From positions 1 to 64,000 of the IMG/VR virus record IMGVR_UViG_3300032268_000973: a DNA stretch of 64,000 bases; one strand, written 5' to 3'. The notes under the pieces were generated by a model. That model made no database searches, had not been told where the DNA came from, and worked only from the letters and a program-made list of their open reading frames with translations. Below, piece after piece: positions 19,140 to 29,800 of this stretch (positions are counted from its first letter, which is position 1; each line of letters opens with the position of its first letter). Position numbers and translations under genes: made by a program. The stretch is from a virus.

Positions 19140-19266
19140 TTTATAAGGTAGAAAAAAGGTAGAATAAATTCTCCCTGTTTATAAATAGATATTCAAAAGT
19201 CAAGTTTTTTCGTTCAGATATGAATATTTATCATTAAAATAAATCTGCAATAGAATAAATTTAATA

Positions 19267-22200
19267 ATGGCAACACAAGTAAATCAAAAGGTATATGTAT
19301 CACCTGGAGTATACACGTCAGAAACCGACTTATCATTCGTTGCTCAGAGTGTTGGTGTAACAACATTAGGTTTGGTGGGAGAAACAATTAAAGGTCCCGC
19401 TTTCGAGCCTATTTTTATTACCAATTACGACGAGTTTCAAGCATATTTTGGTGGAACTGAACCAACAAAATTTGTTAACACACAAATTCCTAAGTATGAG
19501 GCGGCTTACATCGCAAAATCATATTTACAACAATCGAATCAACTTTTCGTTACAAGAATTTTGGGTCTTTCAGGATATGACGCAGGACCTTCTTGGAGTA
19601 TCAAAACTATTGCTAATGTTGACCCTTTGACTATTGGATTGAATCCTGCTTCAGCAACTACTTGGACTGCATCATTCACAGGAACTTCAACAGGAAATAC
19701 TGTGACATTTGTTGGTGGTGGATTACCATCACCAGTTTTGGCAAATTTCAACACTCAGTATAGATTATCTGATGGAAGTACTTCAAGTTTAGCTTTGGAC
19801 TTCAATAGTAATCTTGACAATATTATGGATACTCCATCATTGTCAGCAAATACAACAGTGATATATGGAGCAATTCCTGAGTCTAATTTTTATGACTTAA
19901 CAGGAGAATATTCAAATGTGATAAATGAATATGGTTGTGATACTGTCAACTTGGCAACAAATGATTTGAGTTCTGATTTAAACGATCCTTGGTATTATGC
20001 TAATTTTGATATTACTTCAGGAAACGCTTACTCAGGATATTCATTCTTCTATTATGTTTCTAGTTTAACATCAGGAAGTTCTTCAACATTCTCAGGTACC
20101 ATATCAGGTAGTGTTTTCACTTACTCAGGAACAGCGTATTCCGAATACAACAATATGGTTGTGGCGACTTTGAGATCAAGAGGTATATCTTTATATACTA
20201 ATAGCGTTGATAGTGACCAACACGGACCAGTTTATGAAGTTAACGCATTATCTGCTTTGACTTTGAATTGTAGTGGACAATATTCAGGTATTACTCAATC
20301 ACCTTATGAAACTTTCTTAATATCAGGTGTTACTAAAGATAATGACAATTTCTCGTTTGAAACTTCAATGTCCGCAGCATCATCAAAATATATTACTAAA
20401 GTTTTAGGTGTCGATAATTTTGGAAAATCAAGAAATGAGGTTCCTGTGTTTGTTGAGGAAGTGTATCCAAGCACTTTGAATTACGCTTATAACCAAGGTT
20501 ATATTAGAGGTTTGAACTGTGATTTAATTTCTTTACCTGGTGCTAGAAGTCAAGACCCATCTTCAATCGCTTACAATGTAACACAATATAAAGCACCTCA
20601 AACACCTTACTTGGTTTCCGAGTTAAGAGGTAATAAAGTTTATAACTTGTTTAGATTCATTTCAATTTCTGACGGTAACTCAGCAAACACTGAAGTTAAA
20701 GTTTCAATTGCTAACTTGTCTTTCAATAATATGACGTTTGACGTGTTAGTTAGAAACTTTTTTGACACGGACGCTAACCCAGTTGTAATTGAAAAATTCA
20801 CAAACTGTAACATGGATCCTCTTTCTAACAACTTTGTTGCTAAAAAGATTGGATCAAGTGATGGTGAGTACGCATTGATTTCAAGATACATAATGGTTGA
20901 AATGGCTGACGAAGCACCAATAGATGCAATACCTTGTGGATTCTATGGATATACCCAGAGAGAATATTCCTCAGTACTTAACCCTTCACCAGTTCCAATT
21001 TTTAAAACTAAATATTATTTCCCTGGTGAGGTAATCTATAACCCTCCTTTCGGTGCAAGCACAAACACAACAGAATCTGCTGGTGACATCGTAAGAAGAA
21101 GTTATTTAGGTTTCTCAAGTCAATTCGGAGTTGATGATGCGTTCTTACAATATAAAGGAACTCAAAATCCAATCAATTGGGTTGTGTCTCCTCTTCCTGT
21201 TCCTGGTGAACAATGGAATTATTTGAGTAAAGGTTTCCATATGGACTCAGGTGCTACAGTTGTAACTATTTCGAATTCTTTCCAAACTAGTGGTCAGACA
21301 GCATTCGAATGTGGTGTTGCTAACTTCTCATCGGATCCTGAAACTCAAGAAAACCCTTACTATTTCATATACTCAAGAAAATATACTATATGTTTTGCTG
21401 GGGGTTTTGATGGATGGGATATCTACAGAGAACATAGAACAAATCAAGATAGATTCCAATTGGGATCTTCAGGTTTCTTAGCGGGAGCATCCGCGTCACA
21501 AAGATATCCAAATGCAACTGGTGATGGTTTGTTCAAGAGAATCGTTGTTCAGAATAACCTTCAAGATTTTGCTAATACTGACTATTACGCATACTTGTTA
21601 GGTATTCTTACATTCGCAAATCCTGAATCTACAAACATCAACGTATTTGCAACTTCAAGTATAGATTATGTAAATAACTCTAACTTGGTTGAGGAAGCAA
21701 TCGATATGGTTCAGTTCTCAAGAGCGGACTCAGTATACATCGCAACAACACCTGACTATCAAATGTTTACCCCTGACGCTACAAACTCATTGGATATAAT
21801 CTATTCTCAAGAAGCTGTAGACAACTTGGATAACACAGGTATTGATTCTAACTATACTGCGACTTACTATCCTTGGATTTTGACAAGAGATACTGTCAAC
21901 AATACACAAATTTACTTACCACCAACTGGTGAAGTTTGTAGAAACTTAGCGTTGACAGATAACATCGCATTCCCTTGGTTCGCTTCAGCGGGTTACACAA
22001 GAGGTCTTGTGAACTCTATCAAAGCGAGAGTGAAACTCACTCAAGAAGATAGAGATACTTTGTATCAAGGAAGAATCAACCCTATCGCAACATTCGCTGA
22101 TGTGGGAACTGTAATTTGGGGTAACAAAACTTTACAAGTTGCGGACACCGCATTAAACAGATTGAACGTAAGAAGATTGTTACTTCAAGCTAGAAAGTTG

Positions 22201-22467
22201 ATTTCAGCAGTAGCAGTAAGATTGTTGTTCGAGCAAAACGACCAAATCGTTAGACAACAATTCTTGGATAGTGTTAACCCTATCTTAGATTCAATTAGAA
22301 GAGATAGAGGTCTTTATGACTTCAGAGTAACAGTTTCTTCTACCCCTGAAGACTTAGATAGAAATACATTAACAGGTAAGATATACTTAAAACCAACGAA
22401 GGCATTAGAATTCATCGATATTGAATTCTTCATTACTCCAACAGGAGCTTCGTTCGAAAATATCTAA
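19267..22467 (+). CDS. Contractile tail sheath protein (gp18-like)
   Basis: VSPGVYTSETDLS N-terminus, PWFASAGYTRG, RINPIATF, IWGNKTLQ and LNVRRLL motifs. Confidence 0.97.
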   Translation: MATQVNQKVYVSPGVYTSETDLSFVAQSVGVTTLGLVGETIKGPAFEPIFITNYDEFQAYFGGTEPTKFVNTQIPKYEAAYIAKSYLQQSNQLFVTRILGLSGYDAGPSWSIKTIANVDPLTIGLNPASATTWTASFTGTSTGNTVTFVGGGLPSPVLANFNTQYRLSDGSTSSLALDFNSNLDNIMDTPSLSANTTVIYGAIPESNFYDLTGEYSNVINEYGCDTVNLATNDLSSDLNDPWYYANFDITSGNAYSGYSFFYYVSSLTSGSSSTFSGTISGSVFTYSGTAYSEYNNMVVATLRSRGISLYTNSVDSDQHGPVYEVNALSALTLNCSGQYSGITQSPYETFLISGVTKDNDNFSFETSMSAASSKYITKVLGVDNFGKSRNEVPVFVEEVYPSTLNYAYNQGYIRGLNCDLISLPGARSQDPSSIAYNVTQYKAPQTPYLVSELRGNKVYNLFRFISISDGNSANTEVKVSIANLSFNNMTFDVLVRNFFDTDANPVVIEKFTNCNMDPLSNNFVAKKIGSSDGEYALISRYIMVEMADEAPIDAIPCGFYGYTQREYSSVLNPSPVPIFKTKYYFPGEVIYNPPFGASTNTTESAGDIVRRSYLGFSSQFGVDDAFLQYKGTQNPINWVVSPLPVPGEQWNYLSKGFHMDSGATVVTISNSFQTSGQTAFECGVANFSSDPETQENPYYFIYSRKYTICFAGGFDGWDIYREHRTNQDRFQLGSSGFLAGASASQRYPNATGDGLFKRIVVQNNLQDFANTDYYAYLLGILTFANPESTNINVFATSSIDYVNNSNLVEEAIDMVQFSRADSVYIATTPDYQMFTPDATNSLDIIYSQEAVDNLDNTGIDSNYTATYYPWILTRDTVNNTQIYLPPTGEVCRNLALTDNIAFPWFASAGYTRGLVNSIKARVKLTQEDRDTLYQGRINPIATFADVGTVIWGNKTLQVADTALNRLNVRRLLLQARKLISAVAVRLLFEQNDQIVRQQFLDSVNPILDSIRRDRGLYDFRVTVSSTPEDLDRNTLTGKIYLKPTKALEFIDIEFFITPTGASFENI

Positions 22468-22473
22468 AAATAG

Positions 22474-22499
22474 AAGGGGGGTAAATTCCCCCCTTTTTT
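22474..22499 (+). terminator. Intrinsic terminator after the sheath gene
   Basis: AAGGGGGG / CCCCCCTT stem followed by a T tract. Confidence 0.8.
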
Positions 22500-22504
22500 A
22501 GCCA

Positions 22505-23335
22505 ATGAGAAAAGAATTTACAGAAGGATTTAAGTCTGAAAATACACCAGATATGAAGTATTACGCGTTCGATTGGGACGATAATATTGTTCATATGCCC
22601 ACAAAAATTATAGTGATAGATAAAAACGGAGAAGAGTTTGGTATGTCAACTGACGATTTTGCAGAATATAGACATATGATTGGCAAAGAACCTTTTGAAT
22701 ACAAAGGTAACGAAATTGTAGGATATGCGGATAGTCCATTCAGAAATTTCAGATCAGGTGGAGACAAAAACTTTTTAGTTGATGCTATGAAAGCTAAGGT
22801 TGGTCCTGCATTCGATGATTTTAGAGAGGCGATAAATAACGGTTCAATTTTTGCAATTATCACGGCGAGAGGACACAACCCGAATACAATTAAAGAAGCT
22901 ATATACAACTATATTATATCAGGATTTAATGGTATAGATAAAGAACAACTAATAAAGAACCTCAAAAAATATCGAACCTTCGTAGATGAAGAGGATATGA
23001 GTGACGAAGAGTTAATAAGATCATACTTAGAACTCAACAAATATCACCCTGTATCGTTCGGAGATGAAGAAGGAGCTGTCAATCCTGAAGAGGCTAAGGT
23101 AGAAGCTATGGAAGAATTTGTTAGTTACATCAAGGCGATGGCGGCAGTACTAAATAAAAAAGTATTCTTAAAGAAAGGAGTAAGAAATAACTTTATTCCA
23201 AAAGAGCTTTCTATAGGTTTTAGTGACGATGATCCAAAAAATATAGAAGTAATGAAAAAACATTTTGAAAATAAACCAGATAATATAGTAAAAACGTATT
23301 CTACTGCTGGAGGCGTTAAGCGCGAAGTAAAGTAA
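22505..23335 (+). CDS. HAD-superfamily hydrolase (phosphatase-like)
   Basis: Motif I FDWDDNI, motif II IITARGH, a Lys in EAKVEAM, and motif IV GFSDDD. Confidence 0.75.
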   Translation: MRKEFTEGFKSENTPDMKYYAFDWDDNIVHMPTKIIVIDKNGEEFGMSTDDFAEYRHMIGKEPFEYKGNEIVGYADSPFRNFRSGGDKNFLVDAMKAKVGPAFDDFREAINNGSIFAIITARGHNPNTIKEAIYNYIISGFNGIDKEQLIKNLKKYRTFVDEEDMSDEELIRSYLELNKYHPVSFGDEEGAVNPEEAKVEAMEEFVSYIKAMAAVLNKKVFLKKGVRNNFIPKELSIGFSDDDPKNIEVMKKHFENKPDNIVKTYSTAGGVKREVK

Positions 23336-23428
23336 GGATACTCTCATAAAAAAAAAAGTAAATAGAAAAATTTTTTAGTGGGGATATATTTATCACTATA
23401 AACAAAGAACAAAAAAAAATTTAACAAT

Positions 23429-23917
23429 ATGGCTGATTTATTAATGAAAATGCCGATACCTTACGAACCAAAACGACAAAACCGTTTTATCTTAAGGTTT
23501 CCATCTAGTTTGGGAATAAATGAGTGGTTCGTAGAATCAACTGCAAGACCACAGATAACGATTGGTTCCACTGAGATTCAATTTTTAAATACCTCCACAT
23601 TTGTTGCTGGTCGATTTAACTGGAATCCAATAACAGTAACTTTTAGAGATCCAATTGGACCTTCAGCTGCTCAAGCTCTTATGGAGTGGGTTCGTCTACA
23701 CGCTGAATCTGTGACAGGTAGAATGGGTTATGCCGCGGGTTACAAAAAAGATGTCGACTTGGAAATGTTGGACCCAACGGGTGTTGTTGTAGAAAAGTGG
23801 ATATTATATGGAGTTTTCTTAACTGATGTCAACTTTAATCAGTTGTCTTATTCTCAAGATGGTTTAGCAACAATCACTTGTTCTATGAGACCTGACCGTT
23901 GTGTGTTAGTATATTAA
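23429..23917 (+). CDS. Tail tube protein (gp19-like)
   Basis: YEPKRQNRF, WNPITVTFRDPI, ALMEWV and EKWILYGVF motifs. Confidence 0.92.
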   Translation: MADLLMKMPIPYEPKRQNRFILRFPSSLGINEWFVESTARPQITIGSTEIQFLNTSTFVAGRFNWNPITVTFRDPIGPSAAQALMEWVRLHAESVTGRMGYAAGYKKDVDLEMLDPTGVVVEKWILYGVFLTDVNFNQLSYSQDGLATITCSMRPDRCVLVY

Positions 23918-23958
23918 CATTAAATTTCTATTTATTATTTATAGATAATTTTTAAATT

Positions 23959-23987
23959 TAACCGTAGGGAATAAAACTCTACGGTTA
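23959..23987 (+). promoter_or_regulatory. Hairpin immediately upstream of the tail chaperone start
   Basis: TAACCGTAG(G) / (T)CTACGGTTA stem ending 8 nt before the ATG at 23996. Confidence 0.55.
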
Positions 23988-23995
23988 TTATTTTT

Positions 23996-24739
23996 ATGGA
24001 AAATCAATCAAAAGAATACGGACACTCAAATTTAAGTTTACCACACGATGTGGTTCCTTTACCCAGTCAAGGATTATTTTACAAAAACAAAAAGAAATCT
24101 ATAAAGGTTGGGTATCTTACTGCCTCAGATGAAAATATTTTGATGGCTTCTGATCCTAATATGACACAAAATCTATTGAGGGCAAAAATTTATGAACCAG
24201 ATCTCAAAGTAGACGAGTTGTTGGAGGGTGACATTGAAGCAGTTTTAATATTTTTGAGAAACACGGCATTTGGCCCTGAAATGGAATTGAGCCTTACCGA
24301 TCCTATCACAAAAAAATCTTTCAAAACTTCGGTGATGTTAGACCAATTGGATATTTTGAAAGGACAATCACCAACTGAGGATGGAACGTTCACAACAATA
24401 CTACCAAAATCACAAACAACGGTAAAACTAAAACCAATGAATTATGGTGAGATATTAGAAGTTCAGAGGTTGGGAGATAATTATCCTCAGGGTAGAGCCG
24501 TACCAAGAGTAACTTGGAGACTCAACAAACAACTTGTTGAAATCAATGGAACAACGGACAGAGGTGAAATTTCAAAATTCATTGAACAAATGCCAATAGC
24601 AGATTCCAAATATATTAGACAATTTATGGAAGATAATGAACCTCGATTAGATTTAAAAAGAACAATTATGACCCCATCAGGAGAAAAGCTAACAGTAAAT
24701 GTTGGTTTCGGGGTTGACTTTTTTCGTCCTTTCTTCTGA
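23996..24739 (+). CDS. Tail assembly chaperone / baseplate hub assembly protein (gp26-like)
   Basis: VPLPSQGLFY, YLTASDENIL, LLEGDIEAVLIFLRNTAFG and DSKYIR motifs. Lies between the tube and tape measure genes. Confidence 0.8.
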   Translation: MENQSKEYGHSNLSLPHDVVPLPSQGLFYKNKKKSIKVGYLTASDENILMASDPNMTQNLLRAKIYEPDLKVDELLEGDIEAVLIFLRNTAFGPEMELSLTDPITKKSFKTSVMLDQLDILKGQSPTEDGTFTTILPKSQTTVKLKPMNYGEILEVQRLGDNYPQGRAVPRVTWRLNKQLVEINGTTDRGEISKFIEQMPIADSKYIRQFMEDNEPRLDLKRTIMTPSGEKLTVNVGFGVDFFRPFF

Positions 24740-24878
24740 TTATAGGGTAGGTCAAATCAACGAATTTTATTATTTGACTAAATTATTAAATGTTAGTTAC
24801 AGTGATTTTTTGAAAATGCCTGTTTTTTTCAGAAAGTATTTATTAGATAAATGGGTAAAAGAAAATACAAAGGACTGA
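24714..24878 (+). CDS. Overlapping +1-frame ORF, candidate frameshift extension of the chaperone (G-T-like / gp51-like)
   Basis: Hand translation gives (L)TFFVLSSDYRVGQINEFYYLTKLLNVSYSDFLKMPVFFRKYLLDKWVKENTKD. There is no ATG at its start, and it overlaps the T6 run at 24719-24724. Confidence 0.7.
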   Translation: MTFFVLSSDYRVGQINEFYYLTKLLNVSYSDFLKMPVFFRKYLLDKWVKENTKD

Positions 24879-24894
24879 TAAATCAGTCCTTTTT
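24869..24894 (+). terminator. Intrinsic terminator
   Basis: AAAGGACTGA-TAAA-TCAGTCCTTT stem plus TT, spanning the stop of the +1-frame ORF. Confidence 0.8.
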
Positions 24895-24922
24895 GTATTT
24901 ATGGATAATATGAACTAAGAAT

Positions 24923-26767
24923 ATGCAAGATCCAAACGACAAATCATCGATTGACAAAATCTATCAAGATATTAAAGATCTATTCACGGTAAATTCTGAA
25001 ACCTTTGTTGCGGAGTTCGATAAGATTGCGGTGGCGGGTAACAAAATTCAAACCGTATTTACTCAAGGTAGACAACGAGTTGTAGAATTAAGAAATGCTA
25101 TAGCTGATGCAGCACCTGACGTAATAAGGTTGGGAGGTAATGTTGCGGACACTGGTCGAGTTATCGAAGATGTCGCAGAAGCATCTCGAAGAAATGTTGT
25201 TGCCACTTCAGAAGAAGTTGAAAAATTATTTGCGGCTGAAAAAGTTTTAGGTATAGGAGCTGAGCAATTGGCAAATTCTTTCTTGGATGTCGGTATTGGA
25301 ATTGAAAAGATAGGGGAAAGTTTGGATGAATCCGTAAACTACATCCGAAGTGTTGGAGGGAACGCTAGCCAAGTAATGAAAGATGTTCGACAGAACATGG
25401 AACAAATGAATCGTTACAATTTCGAGGGTGGAGTTGTCGGACTTACAAAGATGGCGGCTCAAGCTTCAATGTTGAGATTTGATATGAATCAGACTTTTCA
25501 ATTGGCTGACGACGTATTAAATCCTGAAAAGGCGGTAACAACTGCCGCGGCATTTCAACGGTTAGGAGTTGCTGTTGGAACTTTGGGTGACCCATTTGCA
25601 CTAATGAACGCTTCAATCAACGATCCTGGAGCGTTACAAGATAGTTTGGTTGATGTTGCAAAACAATTTACATACTTTGATGAAAAAACCAAAACTTTCA
25701 AAATTAACCCACAAGGTGTTTTAACTTTCAAAGAATTACAAAAAGAAACTGGTGTTAGTGCTACTGAAATGAGTAAGTTAGGGCTTGCAGCTGCCGAACT
25801 TGATCAAAGATTGACGGCAGTAAATTCCGCGGGATTAACAATTGTTAACGAAGAGGACAAACAATATTTAGCAAACATCGCTAAAATGGAAGAGGGAACT
25901 TACAAAGTTACCTTGGAAGACGGAACTAAAAAAGAACTTTCTGAATTAACTCAACCAGAATTTGATAAACTTATCAAAGAACAAAAAGAAGGTCCAAAGA
26001 CAGTAGAAGACATTGGTAGATCACAATTGAAGACAACTGATGTGATAATGAATGACTTGAAGGCTATCAAACAAAAAGTTGTTGGAGGTGTAGTTACGGC
26101 ACCACAAGCTACTCAATATACTGAAGGGGCTAGAAGAACGGTTTCAGCATTTACTGGTGCAGCGGCAGACTCTTTTGACACCAGTGATGTGAGAAGAGAA
26201 ACCCAAACGGCAATTGGAGACTTAGAAACTTTAGTTAAAGACTTAGGAAGTGGTAATAAAAATAGTGTAGACGCTATTGCGGATTATCTTGAAAGAGCGG
26301 GAACACAACTTACTAACTTGGATACTAAAGTAAAAAATAGTTTAGAAGAAACATCAAGGAAGGTTCAGGCAAACCTTGGAGACAAAACTGCGGTCGAAAG
26401 ATATACCAAAGACTTACTTGGAACTCTACAGGTGGAACTTGATAAAGGAACTGACGTAAAGAATCAACCAATTTCAAGTTTAGTTACAGGACAACAAACA
26501 CCGATAGGTAACCAAAATCTGTCGACATCAGTTTCTAATACTGCAACGGCCCAAAGTTCAAAAATGGATATTGGGGGGACATTAAATCACAATATAGTAA
26601 TAAAATTTGAAAACCCACCACCTAATATGACGCAAGCTCAATTAGATATGATTGCTCAATCTTTATCAAAGACGTTAAATAGTCCACAATACTTAGCATC
26701 GATGCAAAATAATAACAAACAGTTTAACCCTTTTGGTAATAATTCGCCAGCATATTATAATCCATAA
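24923..26767 (+). CDS. Tape measure protein
   Basis: 614 aa Ala/Gln/Glu-rich helical protein directly after the tube and chaperone genes. Confidence 0.8.
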   Translation: MQDPNDKSSIDKIYQDIKDLFTVNSETFVAEFDKIAVAGNKIQTVFTQGRQRVVELRNAIADAAPDVIRLGGNVADTGRVIEDVAEASRRNVVATSEEVEKLFAAEKVLGIGAEQLANSFLDVGIGIEKIGESLDESVNYIRSVGGNASQVMKDVRQNMEQMNRYNFEGGVVGLTKMAAQASMLRFDMNQTFQLADDVLNPEKAVTTAAAFQRLGVAVGTLGDPFALMNASINDPGALQDSLVDVAKQFTYFDEKTKTFKINPQGVLTFKELQKETGVSATEMSKLGLAAAELDQRLTAVNSAGLTIVNEEDKQYLANIAKMEEGTYKVTLEDGTKKELSELTQPEFDKLIKEQKEGPKTVEDIGRSQLKTTDVIMNDLKAIKQKVVGGVVTAPQATQYTEGARRTVSAFTGAAADSFDTSDVRRETQTAIGDLETLVKDLGSGNKNSVDAIADYLERAGTQLTNLDTKVKNSLEETSRKVQANLGDKTAVERYTKDLLGTLQVELDKGTDVKNQPISSLVTGQQTPIGNQNLSTSVSNTATAQSSKMDIGGTLNHNIVIKFENPPPNMTQAQLDMIAQSLSKTLNSPQYLASMQNNNKQFNPFGNNSPAYYNP

Positions 26768-26782
26768 AATCAACACCCAACC

Positions 26783-26790
26783 TATTTATA
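26783..26790 (+). promoter_or_regulatory. TATTTATA upstream motif
   Basis: Lies 15 nt before the ATG at 26806. Confidence 0.55.
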
Positions 26791-26805
26791 ATTAAAAAAA
26801 TATAA

Positions 26806-29800
26806 ATGGCAAGTCCTTTAGATTTTGTAAACTCAGATGGTTTTAGAAAAAAACTTATCACAAGGAATTTAACCCCTTATGCTAAGGCTCCTAATAGACC
26901 AACACAACCAATCAATACGGAGTATATTCAATCAGATTCATCAGTTCAAGATAGTCCTGATCAATTGATTGACCAACCTTCATTTGCCAACAAGTTGTAT
27001 CCACTTAACCAATATGGTAATGAGGGTGGTTATGAGCAAGCTCCAGATCCTGGTGCCTTATTGAATACGAAATCTAACGAGGGAGAGTATGGTTATCAAG
27101 ATGCTAATATTGTTGGTCAATCAATACCCGAATCTCAAAAATGGAAACCTTTAAATGTTTTTTCTAATGGAAGTCAACTAAATTTGGATAGTGCTGAATT
27201 TTTTGATTCCTTACAAAGACCAACCGCAACAAACAAATCAAACAACCAACCTTACCCAACAACATTTGTATATTCAACATATTCACCAGTTTCAATCCTA
27301 TTATCACCAAATCCAGGAGGAAGTAATGGGTTAGTAAGTCAAGACTCATTTATCGCTCGATTAGGAGCACAAACTTTACGAAAAGAATTTGAAGAACGAA
27401 TTGCGGCTCAAATAAGACAAGATACTTTGGGTAGAGCTAACATTTTGAATGTTAGTAGTGGAACTGACGTTGTGAACATACTCACAGGAGTTGTTCCTAT
27501 CATAGAACCAAACTTTACAATCACAGTTACCGCTAACCCTATATTAGCCGCAACAAATTTTGCCCTCAGATTAGCGGGTAGTATATTACCAACTTCACCA
27601 ATTCCAGGATCATACTTTGACCCAAACATCAATCCTGGTCCACAAACCACTATTCAACAACTTACAAATGCTTTCAGACGTAGTGCTGTTGGGAAATTTG
27701 TTAATAGATTGATGGGAGGAGGAGAGACAGGTTCCCAAATTATGTTCAATAATATGGGGGCAGGTCAGAGGTCTCGATTGTTTAAGAATATAGATTTCAA
27801 CAAATACAAACCTAACTATCCAAGAACATTCTTAGATAGGGTTGGAGGAGTATTAACGGGAACTCAATCTGAAAATAGTAATTTTTATGTTGGTAGTATT
27901 ACTTCGAATCCATCACAAGTGTTCTCACCTCCTGGTGATGTTCCTGTTAATCAATATGGTATAGAACAACAGTCTCCAGTTTATGGACCATCAGAGCTTG
28001 CACAATTATACGAGGGACCAAGTCAATCTGTTAGATTGGGTGCGAATGGACCAACATATAGTAATGGTGGAGGTATCGAAGGTGGATTTACATGGGTTTC
28101 TCCAAAATATAAAGATAATGCTGGTAAGAAAGTTGGTATTGGAGGTGAAATTACATCACAGGACGAAGACTTTAGACCATCGTCTTATGTTAATACAGAG
28201 TCGGTTGGTATCCCTTTCCGTGAAGGTTCCATCTTGGATGATACTCAAAGACTCATTGACAGTCAGCCACAAGGTGGAAAACGATTACAACACGTTGGAA
28301 ATGCAATTGATCAGGTAAGTAAAGTATTCAATGATGGATATAAAGAACTAACAAAAGGATCAAGAGTTTATAGATATGAAGGGGAAATAGGACAAGAGGT
28401 TGGAACTGAATATTGTAGAGTTTTCGCAAAAGACATTCCTTATTTACAATACAATGATCTTCAAAAGGTTGATGGAATAACAACTGAAGGAAGACGATTC
28501 TCTTATTCGGTATTGGATAAGACTTACAACTTGAATATTGCTCCAAACAAACAAGAGGGTGGACAAGATTCGACAAACTTGATTGGAACAGATAACAATG
28601 CTTACGCCAAAAAATATATGTTCTCTTTAGAGAATTTGGCTTGGAGAACGTCTAAAACACCAGGGTTTTCTACCGCGGATCTTCCTGTTTGTGAACGTGG
28701 ACCAAATGGTGGTAGAGTTATGTGGTTCCCACCATATGGGTTAACTTTTAGTGAATCAGTTCAAGCAAACTGGAATAGTTCTGATTTCTTAGGTAGACCA
28801 GAACCAATCTACACTTATAAAAATACTTCTCGTGGAGGAACACTGACTTGGAAAATTGTTGTTGATCATCCTTCAGTTCTTAATGTAATTGTAAATAAAG
28901 TTTTGGCAAATGAAACTAACAGGACTAGAGTTGATAGTATCCTTGAATCTTTCTTTGCTGGATGTCGGAAATATGACATCTATGAATTGGCAAAAAAATA
29001 CGTAACTGTAAACCCAAATGATCTTTTCGAGTTACAACAAGCAATTTCTTCAAAAGAAATGACTCGTGAACAAATTGAATATACTCGAAAAACAATCGAA
29101 ACTGGATATAATTCTCCAAATGGATCCGATCAAGGGTCATCCCAATCTGGAGGTGGAGGTGACAGTAATACTCTTTTCCAAAGATACCTACAATTAGGGT
29201 TTTATTACGGAAATGACTATCCTAAACCAAATACTGTAATTAATTATACAACGGAATATCCGAGATATTCTGCAGAACTTAATGAAGAATATTCGAAACA
29301 ACCAAATGCTCAAGAAACTGAGACTTTTTTCAAAACTGTTGTCACACCAAATTATGAGGCAATAAATGATTTTGCAATAGAATTGGGGAAACAATTAGAA
29401 TCCAATGCAAATGGAAATGTTACCATTTATATTAGTTCAAGTTGTTCGGCGCCAGCAAGTGTGGCATACAACGACGCGTTGTCCAAAAGAAGGGTTACAG
29501 CCATGATTAAGTATTTTGCGGAAAATACTGCGACAAGTAAATATGTCGCAAATTCAAGACTAATTGTTAAAGAAGACCCAAGGGCACAACCTGGTGTGGG
29601 TGCTCAAGGTGAACGCGCCAGATCAACACCAATGAAAAGTAGTAAAACCGAAAAACCATATCCTCCAGAAGTTTTTAGTCCGAACGGAGATACATTCAAT
29701 TGTTCTGACTCAGTTGCCACTGCAGGTGGTGACACTCCTGTTGGTGCAAAAGAAGTTTTTACAGTTGGGGCAATGGCTTGTCGAAGATCATATATATCTG

